A program made the position numbers and the translations under genes. Of a stretch of DNA of 31,683 nucleotides, positions 16,765 through 24,841 are shown piece by piece. The notes below the pieces were generated by a model. It did no database searches. It had not been told where the DNA came from and saw only the letters and a list, made by a program, of their open reading frames with translations. Position 1 is the first letter of the stretch, and each line of letters begins with the position of its first letter. The DNA is from Kiritimatiellia bacterium (lineage in GTDB: Bacteria > Verrucomicrobiota > Kiritimatiellia > RFP12 > UBA1067): assembly GCA_900771305.1 (NCBI GenBank), contig CAAGNL010000308.1:1-31683 (forward strand). The letters are read 5' to 3'.

Positions 16765-19611
16765 ATGATGCAGACCAGAAAATACCTGAATCCGAAGCTG
16801 AAACTGGTAGACGCGGTGACCGATGAGCTGGTTACGCGAGTACGGAAGACGGCGAGCGGCGCGCAGTCGCTCGCGCATCTGATGGTCATTGTGCCGACAG
16901 CGCAGGCGGGGCGTCGCCTGCGTCTGGCGTTGGCGGCGCGCTTCGATCACGGCGTCATACCGCCGGTTGTGAAGATGCCGGCGCATCTCCTGGAACCCGC
17001 CTCGGCGGATCTGCCGGTGGCGGATGCGGTGACGGAGCTCGCGGTGCTGGCCGACACGCTTTACGCGGCCACTCCCGATGACTACCCCGTTCTCTTTCCG
17101 CACGCGCCGGAACGGCGGACGTTCGCGGACGCCGTCGACGTGGCGCAGGGGCTTCAACGCGTGTGGAGCATCATCGGCGAGAACGGTCTCCTCATGCGGG
17201 ATGTGGCCGCGAAGGCCCCCGAACTGCTGAAAGGCGACAATCTCGACCTTGAAGTCGCGCGATGGGAGGACCTGGCGCGACTGGAGGAGGCCTTTCTCAA
17301 GACTCTGCATGGCAAGGGCCTTCGCTTCCGCGGCGAGTCTGCGTCCCTTGCGGTGGCGACGCCGTCGGTCCCCGAGGGCGTGGAGGAGATCATCCTTCCG
17401 GCGCTGCTGTCGCCGATTCCCGCGATGTACAGAGTCGTCGAGGCGATGGGGTTGCCCGTGACGGTGCTTATTCATGCGAACGAAACCGACGGAGAGAACT
17501 TCGACCAGTGGGGCCGTGTCGTGAATGTCGAGGGAGGGTTCCTCGAAGACCTTGGTCTTCAGGACGAGCAGATTTCCGTCTTTGCGACAACGGGCGCGGA
17601 GGCGGAGTCCGTCGCGGATTGGTTTGCCGCCGTCAAACCCGAGGAGGCGCTGCCGGCGCTGACGCTGGTTGACAACGAGCTGTTCCCCGAGATGCAGGGC
17701 ACGTTCCAGGCGAAGGGCCTCATGTTGCACAATCCTGCCCGACTGGCGGTGGCGACGAGTTCGCTGGGACACCTGCTGGGCCAGCTTGTGGCGCTGTCGG
17801 GCGAGGCGCGCTACGACGTGTTCAGCGCGTTCATCCGCCAGGGAGATGTCCAGCGCTGGATCGCCGAGTCCCTGAAGATGACGCGGACCGCCGTGGTGAA
17901 GACGCTCATTGCGTTGGATGATCTGAAGGCGAAGCATCTGCCGGAGAAGCTGGACGACGTCCGCGTCTTCGCGGAGGGAGATCTGCTCCGCGTGGTCAAT
18001 TTCGTGAAGGGACGCCTTGAACGGTCGGAGTGCCTCGAAAACGTGCGAGAGCTTCTCGAGGAGATTTTTGCACGCCATCTGCTTGACGAGGCACGTCCGG
18101 AGGACCGCGAATTCGCCGCGGCCGCGGAGGCGGTGAAGGAGATGTTCGACGAATTCGCGACGTTGGCGCTTCCGGCCGACCGCGCGCGGGTTCTGTTTGG
18201 AAAGCGCCTGGCGTCTGCGACTTATTCCCTCGAGCCGGACACCGGCGACGTCATCCAGACGGATGGTTGGCTGGAGGTCCCGTGGCTAGCCGAGGAGGAA
18301 CTGGTGATCGCGGGCTTCCAGGAGGGATTTGTACCCGAGAGCGTCGTCGGGCATGCCTTTCTGCCGGATGCGCTGCGGACGGGTCTTGGACTGCTCACGA
18401 ACGAGATGCGCACGGCCCGTGACGCGTTCATCCTGAAGGAGGCATTGTCGTGTCGGGCGAGGGAGGGCGTTCGGATTTCCTTCCATATGCTCGCGGCCGA
18501 TTCCTCGGCGCTGAAGCCTTCCCGTCTACTGCTCAGAACGCGTGACGACGCGGTGCTGGCCGCACGGGCGAAGCGGTTCTACGCCGATGTGGTGGGGACG
18601 GGTGAGACGCCGGCTCGGACCCTGCCGTCCGAGTGGCTGCTCAACCTGCCGATTCCCCCTGCCGAGGGGGTGCTGGAACACATCTCGCCCTCGAATCTCG
18701 ACTGGTATCTGCAGTGTCCATTCTCCTATTATCTCAAGAGACAGTTCGGCGAGTCGGTGGATGATTCCGTGGAGGAACTGGACGCAGCGCGGTTCGGAAC
18801 GTTATGTCACGACGCTCTCGATGCCTGGGCGAAGGGGGCGCTGGCCGATTCGACGGACGCCAGGGCAATCGCGGACGAGCTTGCGCGTCAGGTGGACAGG
18901 CTTCTGATTGAATGGTTCGGACTCTCCACGCCGGCGATCGTTGCGTTGCAGGCCGATTCCGTCAAACGTCGTCTGGCGGCCTTCGCCGACTGTCAGGTCG
19001 CCTGGCGTCGCGAGGGTTGGAAGATCGTCGCAACGGAGGAGTCTCTTCAGGTCGTCTACGACGGTACGACGATCCACGGTCGTTGCGACCGCGTGGATGT
19101 GAATGAGACGACAGGCGAGTGGCGGGTCATCGACTACAAGACTTGGGACACGATGGAACGAGGCACTCCCTTCGATACGACGAAGTCGGTGGTGGATTTC
19201 GCGAAGCATCGTGGACTCCCAATCGCCACCCAGGTCGACGAAAGGGGCAAGGTGAAGGAGATGGCCTGGAAGAGTCTTCAGTTGCCGCTCTACTGCGCCA
19301 TGCTCGAGGCGAACGACGATCCGCGGTTCACGGCGGCGAGAGCGGCGAAGCGCAGTGCATGTTACTGCATCCTCGGCAAGACGGCCGAGGAGACGGGCTT
19401 CACCGAGGCGATGGCGTCCGATTCCTGGCAGACGGATGCCGAACGTCTCGTCCGCCAGCTGCTGAGCGAAATCCGCCGTGGTGTGTTCTGGCCACCATCC
19501 CCCGCGGACAAGTGGCAGTACGATTATGCGGGGATTCTCTACGATCTGCCAGAGTTCAGCGTCAACCTCGACTGGCTCGCGGATCAGAGGAAGAGGGGGG
19601 CTCGGGCATGA
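16765..19611 (+). CDS. addB: AddB/RexB-like inactive helicase with C-terminal PD-(D/E)XK nuclease
   Basis: VIVPTAQAGRRLR N-terminus, SPSNLDWYLQCPF, FGTLCH, HGRCDRVD, IDYKT, LQLPLY. GGAG RBS before ATG 16765. Coupled to the downstream UvrD-type gene. Confidence 0.82.
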   Translation: MMQTRKYLNPKLKLVDAVTDELVTRVRKTASGAQSLAHLMVIVPTAQAGRRLRLALAARFDHGVIPPVVKMPAHLLEPASADLPVADAVTELAVLADTLYAATPDDYPVLFPHAPERRTFADAVDVAQGLQRVWSIIGENGLLMRDVAAKAPELLKGDNLDLEVARWEDLARLEEAFLKTLHGKGLRFRGESASLAVATPSVPEGVEEIILPALLSPIPAMYRVVEAMGLPVTVLIHANETDGENFDQWGRVVNVEGGFLEDLGLQDEQISVFATTGAEAESVADWFAAVKPEEALPALTLVDNELFPEMQGTFQAKGLMLHNPARLAVATSSLGHLLGQLVALSGEARYDVFSAFIRQGDVQRWIAESLKMTRTAVVKTLIALDDLKAKHLPEKLDDVRVFAEGDLLRVVNFVKGRLERSECLENVRELLEEIFARHLLDEARPEDREFAAAAEAVKEMFDEFATLALPADRARVLFGKRLASATYSLEPDTGDVIQTDGWLEVPWLAEEELVIAGFQEGFVPESVVGHAFLPDALRTGLGLLTNEMRTARDAFILKEALSCRAREGVRISFHMLAADSSALKPSRLLLRTRDDAVLAARAKRFYADVVGTGETPARTLPSEWLLNLPIPPAEGVLEHISPSNLDWYLQCPFSYYLKRQFGESVDDSVEELDAARFGTLCHDALDAWAKGALADSTDARAIADELARQVDRLLIEWFGLSTPAIVALQADSVKRRLAAFADCQVAWRREGWKIVATEESLQVVYDGTTIHGRCDRVDVNETTGEWRVIDYKTWDTMERGTPFDTTKSVVDFAKHRGLPIATQVDERGKVKEMAWKSLQLPLYCAMLEANDDPRFTAARAAKRSACYCILGKTAEETGFTEAMASDSWQTDAERLVRQLLSEIRRGVFWPPSPADKWQYDYAGILYDLPEFSVNLDWLADQRKRGARA

Positions 19612-22418
19612 ACAATCAACTGATCGAGGCGAGTGCCGGTACGGGTAAGACCTTCACCTTGGTGGAGCGCATGGTGCGGGCGTTGAAGGAGGAGGCGAGT
19701 CCCCGTGAGATCGTGGCGCTCACGTTCTCCCGGGCCGCCGCGGGTGAGATCTTCGCGCGCTTCGTCACGCGCCTTGCGGAGGATGCGGCGAAAAACGCGG
19801 AGGATGCGGCGCTTCTACGCAAGGTGGTGGATACGCAGCACCTCACGCTGATCGGCACGCTCGACAGTTTCCTCATGCGCTTTGTGCAGATGTTTCCGCT
19901 TGAGCTGGGCCTTTCGGGTGACATCTCCGTGCTGGGGGACTTCAACGAGGGGGGCGAGCGCACAGGCGTCTCGCTCTCGATTCTCCGCCGCAGCGACGAC
20001 GACACGAAGCGTGCGCTTGCCACGGCCTTCCGTAAGGCCATGAACCGCGAGGCGTCGCGCTCGTTCCTCGAGACCTATTCCAAGCTGATCAAGGATTGGC
20101 ATCGTCTGTATCTGGATCACCCGGATGGCGCGGGTTGGGGCGACGCGGCGCGGATCTGGAACGAGCCCCCCGAGGAGCTTTCGGCGACAATCGAGCAGAT
20201 TCGCGCCTGTGCCGATGGACTGGCGTCCTTTACTGGAAAGCGAGGGGCGGACACTTTCATCAAGGGAGTTCGCGAATTCAAAGGGAAGGTCCCGAAGATA
20301 CCGAAGGTTCTGGAGGGTGACCCCATGACGATTCGGATCGTACGGTTGATGCGGGGATTCAATCTCAGGCGGAAGATGGAGACAGCCGAGGGACTCCACG
20401 CGCTTCTCGAGGCGTTCGAGAAGGAGTATGCGCGGAAGGTTCGCTCTCGTGGCCGCCTGACCTTCGGTGATGTGCCGCGCCTGGTTTCCGCGCTGCCGTC
20501 GGATGCGCGGCTCGCGCTGGAATACCGTATGGACGCCCGCATCCGTCATTGGGCATTGGACGAGTTCCAGGATACGAGCCATGAACAGTGGGATGCTCTG
20601 GGCAATCTCATTGACGAGGCGGTGCAGTCCGATGGTGAGAAAAGCGTCTTTGTCGTCGGCGACTGCAAGCAGGCGATCTATGGCTGGCGCAACGGCGACG
20701 TCGCCATCTTCGCGGGGCAGCGGGAGAGCGGGAAATACGAGCTGGGCGAATTGAACGAATCCTACCGCTACACGCAGGAGATCGCCGACGCCGTCAACCG
20801 GGTGTTCGGCGCGAAGACAATGGCTCAGTTCGGCAAGTGGCGCTGCCCGGATCATGTTGCCCACGATCAGGAGACACGGGGATTCGTGCATCTGGTCGAG
20901 ACTGCCGACCGGTCCAGAGAGAGCTTCGTTGAACCGCTGGTGAATGAACTCTTGACCATTCGCCCCTGGAAGAAGGGGATTTCATGCGCTATCCTAGTGC
21001 GGTCCAATGGGTTTGGCGAACTGCTGGGCGCGGAACTGCGTCGTGCGGGTATTCCCGCGACATGGGAGGGCGAGAGCGCCGTGCTCGACACGCCGGTTCT
21101 GCGGGCGTTCACGGCATATGTCCAACTGGCGGAGCACCCAGGCGATACGTTGAGCTACAACCATCTACGGACCACGCCGTTGGGGCGTGCCCTGTATCCC
21201 CATGGACTTCCTCGTGCAGAACAGGTCTCCCAGGATGCCCTGACGATGTTGACGACGCGGGGACTCGTGCGGACCTTCCAGGAGCTGCGCGCGAAGTTGT
21301 CGGCCACGAGTTTCGACGCCTTCACCGAACAGCGGTTCGCGGACATGCTGCGCGCGGCTGTGGCCTTTGAACTCTCGCTGGAGCCAGGTACGCGTCTCGC
21401 CTCGTTCGTGGACTACCTCATGGCCGAGAAGCGCCGCGATCTGGCCGATCCCGCCAGTGTGAAGATCATGACGATTCACCGCTCGAAGGGATTGGGGTTC
21501 GACTATGTGCTCCTGCCGCTCTACGAGCCCTGGGGGCTTGATCACGCCGTGGACGATCCGCTCGTGGGAGAAGACCCGGAATGGGTTCTGCCGGGGCCTG
21601 GTGAGGAAATTTCCCTGGCTTATCCGGAACTGGCATCGGCCTATGCAGCCGTGAAAGATGCGAGTGTCTACGAGGGACTGTGCGTCTACTATGTGGCGAT
21701 GACGCGGGCGAAAAGGGCGTTGACGTTGGTGCTGCCGCCGGCGCCGAAGTCCGTGGGGAAGACAACGAAGTTCTCTGGATTCGTCCGGGAGAGTGGCCTT
21801 GTCGATTCGGGTGACCCGTCCTGGTACGAGAAGATGACGTGCTCGACGCGGAACACGGACGCGGGGGTTTGTCCGATGAAGCCACCCGTGCGGGGAAAGC
21901 GCCTTCGAGTTACGCGGAGGATGCCGTCCCTGAATTTCCATTCGGGCATGAGTGCGGGGACGCTCTTTGCCGCAGATGGTGGTCGAGCTGCCGCACTGAA
22001 GCAGGGGACTGAGATTCATGCGATCTATGAGCGGATTGAATGGATGGAACCCGCAGAGGCGAAGACGGATGTCGAGCGTGCACTCGTGAAACCGGAAGGC
22101 GTCGTGGAGCTCTGGCGGGAACGGCCGTATGAGCTGTTTAGAGATGGCGTCTGGGAGTCTGGCCAGTTCGACCGTGTCGTCTTCACGGGAGAGGGTACTG
22201 AACGTCGTGCGGTCGTCTATGATTTCAAGACCAACGAGCCGTGTGATGAGACAAATGAGACCTTCGCCGCGCGTATGCGGGCGACCTATGCCGGTCAGAT
22301 GTCATCTTATCGCCATGCCGTTCATGAGTTGACGGGAATCCCGCAGGATCGAATCTCCTCCGTTCTTCTCCTCCTCGCGACCGGCCATGTCGTCAAACTC
22401 GACGCACTCGGTCAGTGA
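19608..22418 (+). CDS. addA: AddA/RexA-like UvrD superfamily helicase-nuclease
   Basis: Start overlaps the upstream stop (ATGA). EASAGTGKT, LTFSRAAA, DEFQDT, VGDCKQAIYGWR, ILVRSN, MTIHRSKGL, YVAMTRAK. Nuclease motifs GTEIH, GQFDRV, DFKT, QMSSY. Confidence 0.9.
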   Translation: MNNQLIEASAGTGKTFTLVERMVRALKEEASPREIVALTFSRAAAGEIFARFVTRLAEDAAKNAEDAALLRKVVDTQHLTLIGTLDSFLMRFVQMFPLELGLSGDISVLGDFNEGGERTGVSLSILRRSDDDTKRALATAFRKAMNREASRSFLETYSKLIKDWHRLYLDHPDGAGWGDAARIWNEPPEELSATIEQIRACADGLASFTGKRGADTFIKGVREFKGKVPKIPKVLEGDPMTIRIVRLMRGFNLRRKMETAEGLHALLEAFEKEYARKVRSRGRLTFGDVPRLVSALPSDARLALEYRMDARIRHWALDEFQDTSHEQWDALGNLIDEAVQSDGEKSVFVVGDCKQAIYGWRNGDVAIFAGQRESGKYELGELNESYRYTQEIADAVNRVFGAKTMAQFGKWRCPDHVAHDQETRGFVHLVETADRSRESFVEPLVNELLTIRPWKKGISCAILVRSNGFGELLGAELRRAGIPATWEGESAVLDTPVLRAFTAYVQLAEHPGDTLSYNHLRTTPLGRALYPHGLPRAEQVSQDALTMLTTRGLVRTFQELRAKLSATSFDAFTEQRFADMLRAAVAFELSLEPGTRLASFVDYLMAEKRRDLADPASVKIMTIHRSKGLGFDYVLLPLYEPWGLDHAVDDPLVGEDPEWVLPGPGEEISLAYPELASAYAAVKDASVYEGLCVYYVAMTRAKRALTLVLPPAPKSVGKTTKFSGFVRESGLVDSGDPSWYEKMTCSTRNTDAGVCPMKPPVRGKRLRVTRRMPSLNFHSGMSAGTLFAADGGRAAALKQGTEIHAIYERIEWMEPAEAKTDVERALVKPEGVVELWRERPYELFRDGVWESGQFDRVVFTGEGTERRAVVYDFKTNEPCDETNETFAARMRATYAGQMSSYRHAVHELTGIPQDRISSVLLLLATGHVVKLDALGQ

Positions 22419-22460
22419 GGGTGGTTTCTCCCTCTTCTCCATGGGAATCTTTGATCTCAC

Positions 22461-22507
22461 ACATAGTTCTCATTGGTCATGCTCGGGTGGACCATTGAGA
22501 ATTATGT
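22461..22507. repeat. REP-like palindrome, copy 1
   Basis: ACATAGTTCTCATTGGTC-atgctcgggtg-GACCATTGAGAATTATGT: 18-bp arms with 2 non-Watson-Crick positions. It contains the stop codon of the 449-aa ORF. Confidence 0.9.
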
Positions 22508-23826
22508 TTGAGCTCCGTGACTGATCGTAGGGGCCGGGGAACTCCGTCCCACCATTTTTCGCGTATGCTCAGAATCTTCCCAATCTGTTCCCAGAGTGTC
22601 AGCATGGTCATTTTTCGGTGATTGCGTCGAGTATGGGATGCGATGTCGGCCTCCGCGGCAGTGGTCAGAACTTCGCGTACCGTTCTTCGTGCCGACTCCA
22701 GAAGTGCTCCGAGGCGTTGGACGGCATCTGGTCCCGTCTGGTCGGATTCGGCGAAACTTTGTCCTTTCATTGCGGAAAGGGAGAGGGCGACAGTCTGAGA
22801 TGAGTTCCTGTAGTTGTCGTTGGTCAGAAAAGTCCGTCCATCGGCGTCGACGCGAGGTTCGCCATGTTCCCATGCGAAACGCTCGACGCGTCCGCCTCCT
22901 GCATGGGACTGAACTGTCGCCGTGTGTGAGAGGAGGTCCTTGGCAGAGACGACATTGGCGAGAATGGCAGATGTTGGTACGGGATCTACGATTTCAGTCG
23001 CCTGACGGAGTCTTCTGGCAAGTGCCTTGTAGCGCATGAGGGTCTTGTATTTCCCGATCAGTTCAGGACAGTTTTCCCGGATCCATCCGCGAATGCCTGC
23101 AGAGCGTCCGACGATCTTGGGTCTTCGTTTGATCCACATCACCTGGAGCTCGTTCTGGAGAAAGCACTCGAGGTCATGGAGCATCCCTCCAAGGTGAAGC
23201 ATGTTCGCATGAGATTCCCGTGCGAACGCCCATGCCACGCGGATGTCGGTTGCGGTTGGATGTGTTGCGAGGGTTGATCGTGCGCAGAGTTTACGACGTT
23301 CGTTCCGTAGACGGCTGGATTGTGTTCCTGCCTCTACATTCCTTTGTCTCTGTGCGAGAAGTCGGCGCCCGCGGCGAACGAATTCCCAGGTGGTTATGGC
23401 GCCGTCCACGATTAGCTCTAGAGGGGTCCTGCCGCCAGGGAACGGATAGGCAAATGGGTCATTTCGAAGTCCATAAGTCTTTGGGTAGCTGACTTGGCGT
23501 TTTTGACCGTTGACGGTCTCGACAACGGCGGTTCGTCCTGTGAGACGGGACTGTGCCCATGCCGGTCGTCCCACAAGGCTCCGTTCGAATGCTTCGAAGG
23601 TGGCGAGGACCATCCGGCGTTCGCGTCGTCTGCGGTTTCGGTCTTTCCGTCGGTTGAGTGCCGCGAGATAACGTTCTCGTTCCTCCAGGGAGGACTCTGA
23701 TCCAAACCATCGGTCGCCCACGAGGACACACTTTCCACCATCGAGGATTCTCCTAAGTTCATTTTCCCGATCTTGAATGTCTGTGTTTTGCATTTTTTGG
23801 AGTTCTTTCGTCATTGTGAGTTTCAT
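22477..23826 (-). CDS. Orphan basic protein (449 aa) with a DUF3102-like putative DNA-binding core
   Basis: Long ORF in a lower-GC segment, so not a GC-shadow ORF. GAAGG before ATG 23826. Arg-rich helices. NMLHLGGMLHDLE...AGIRGWIRENCPELIGKYKTLMRYKALARRL resembles by eye the DUF3102 pattern (iG..L..lK...hG.w..Wl.en......t..rYM.lA). Confidence 0.72.
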   Translation of the reverse strand: MKLTMTKELQKMQNTDIQDRENELRRILDGGKCVLVGDRWFGSESSLEERERYLAALNRRKDRNRRRRERRMVLATFEAFERSLVGRPAWAQSRLTGRTAVVETVNGQKRQVSYPKTYGLRNDPFAYPFPGGRTPLELIVDGAITTWEFVRRGRRLLAQRQRNVEAGTQSSRLRNERRKLCARSTLATHPTATDIRVAWAFARESHANMLHLGGMLHDLECFLQNELQVMWIKRRPKIVGRSAGIRGWIRENCPELIGKYKTLMRYKALARRLRQATEIVDPVPTSAILANVVSAKDLLSHTATVQSHAGGGRVERFAWEHGEPRVDADGRTFLTNDNYRNSSQTVALSLSAMKGQSFAESDQTGPDAVQRLGALLESARRTVREVLTTAAEADIASHTRRNHRKMTMLTLWEQIGKILSIREKWWDGVPRPLRSVTELKHNSQWSTRA

Positions 23827-23833
23827 AGGCCTT

Positions 23834-23875
23834 CATAGTTCTCAATGGTCATCCTGTGTGTCATTGAGAACTATG
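23834..23875. repeat. REP-like palindrome, copy 2
   Basis: CATAGTTCTCAATG-gtcatcctgtgtgt-CATTGAGAACTATG: perfect 14-bp arms, 7 nt upstream of the start of the 449-aa ORF. Confidence 0.92.
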
Positions 23876-23928
23876 GGAGAGCGCGGTAAAAGTAAAGCAT
23901 TTTTTCGGGAATAAATCCTTACGAGAAA

Positions 23929-23957
23929 ATGACAAGAAAATGACAAAATGTCATAAT
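23929..23957 (+). promoter_or_regulatory. Promoter-like motif with overlapping direct and inverted repeats between palindromes 2 and 3
   Basis: ATGACA-N17-CATAAT with TG extension; GAAAATGACAA repeated twice; ATGACA-AAA-TGTCAT palindrome at 23940-23954. Confidence 0.45.
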
Positions 23958-23968
23958 TGGAGTGGCAC

Positions 23969-24009
23969 TAGTTCTCAATGGTCATCACCGGTGTGACCAT
24001 TGAGAACTA
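23969..24009. repeat. REP-like palindrome, copy 3
   Basis: TAGTTCTCAATGGTCA-tcaccggtg-TGACCATTGAGAACTA: perfect 16-bp arms; the loop itself contains the palindrome CACCGGTG. Confidence 0.93.
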
Positions 24010-24081
24010 TGTCAGGGGAGAAAAGGAGCGTGGAGAAGGGATGGGCCATCCACGTGTCAGTAAAACTTATGAACCTGAGAC

Positions 24082-24110
24082 TTGCAAAAAGGCACGGAAT
24101 GCGGTATCTT
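24082..24110 (+). promoter_or_regulatory. Sigma70-type promoter for a near-leaderless Nif3 transcript
   Basis: TTGCAA-N17-TATCTT ending 9 nt before ATG 24120; no SD sequence. Confidence 0.55.
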
Positions 24111-24119
24111 TACTTGGCT

Positions 24120-24782
24120 ATGAAATTGAGGAAGATCACGAATTGGATTGACGACGCGCTGAAGGTGAAGGCGTTCTCGGATGTCTCGAACAATGGCCTC
24201 CAGATTGCCCGTGTCGGCGACGAGGTGACGAAGGTCGCCTTTGGCGTCGATGCGAGCGTGCGGACCGTTCAGGCCGCGGCCGCGGCCGGTGCGCAGTTGC
24301 TGGTGGTCCACCACGGCATCTCGTGGGGCGGCGGCATCCAGCGCCTCACCGGAGCCATGTTCAATGTGGTGAAGGCGGCGATGGACGCCAATCTCGCGCT
24401 CTACGCCGTGCATCTGCCGTTGGACGCGAACCACGCGTATGGCAACAACTACGAACTCGCCCGTTACCTCAAGCTGAAGAACCTGAAGCCGGCCTTCGTC
24501 TATCATGGCGAGACCATCGGTTGTATCGGGACGCTGCCGAACGGGAAGAAGGTCGGCGTCTGCAGCGGCGGGGCCGGATGCTTCGCGGCGGACGCGAAGG
24601 ACCTCGGCTGCGATCTCTACATCACCGGCGAGGCGGACTGGGGCGAGACGATCGCCGCCGAGAACGTGGGCATGAAGATGATCTGCGCCGGACACTACCA
24701 GACCGAGACATTTGGCGTGAAGGCCCTCGCCAAGGGCCTGAAGAAAGCCCTGAAGGTCGAAACGGAGTTTCTTCCCCGTTAA
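24120..24782 (+). CDS. Nif3-like dinuclear metal centre protein (DUF34/YbgI family)
   Basis: DVSNNGLQI, VAFGVDA, LLVVHHGI, LYAVHLPLDA, GNNYELA, VCSGGAG, YITGE, AGHYQTETFG. Confidence 0.94.
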   Translation: MKLRKITNWIDDALKVKAFSDVSNNGLQIARVGDEVTKVAFGVDASVRTVQAAAAAGAQLLVVHHGISWGGGIQRLTGAMFNVVKAAMDANLALYAVHLPLDANHAYGNNYELARYLKLKNLKPAFVYHGETIGCIGTLPNGKKVGVCSGGAGCFAADAKDLGCDLYITGEADWGETIAAENVGMKMICAGHYQTETFGVKALAKGLKKALKVETEFLPR

Positions 24783-24795
24783 CATTTGCCTAACA

Positions 24796-24816
24796 GCCGC
24801 ATGCTAGACTTGCGGC
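24796..24816 (+). promoter_or_regulatory. Extended -10 (TGcTAGACT) enclosed in a 6-bp inverted repeat upstream of moxR
   Basis: GCCGCA-TGCTAGACT-TGCGGC; AAGGAG RBS at 24829-24834. Confidence 0.4.
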
Positions 24817-24841
24817 GACAGTTTCAACAAGGAGAATCAGA

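Noticed and set aside
19119..19607. N-terminal extension of the 1099-aa helicase ORF
   Set aside because: It overlaps the AddB nuclease domain in another frame; the Walker A motif follows ATG 19608 directly.
22461..22507. Simple bidirectional terminator between addA and the convergent orphan gene
   Set aside because: It may also terminate, but it lacks U-tracts and the same arm sequence recurs twice upstream of the gene, which a terminator alone would not explain.
22477..23826. RAYT or IS200/IS605 TnpA/TnpB assignment
   Set aside because: No HUH motif, RuvC motifs or zinc finger visible in the protein.
22461..24009. Palindromic repeats as a CRISPR array, with the PD-(D/E)XK gene as cas4
   Set aside because: Only three copies with variable loops, separated by ~1.3 kb and ~93 bp. 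There are no cas genes, and the nuclease is the C-terminus of a ~950-aa AddB paired with AddA.
24000..24119. 40-aa N-terminal extension of Nif3 in the ORF track
   Set aside because: It begins inside palindrome 3 and spans the promoter; family similarity starts at MKLRKI (24120).
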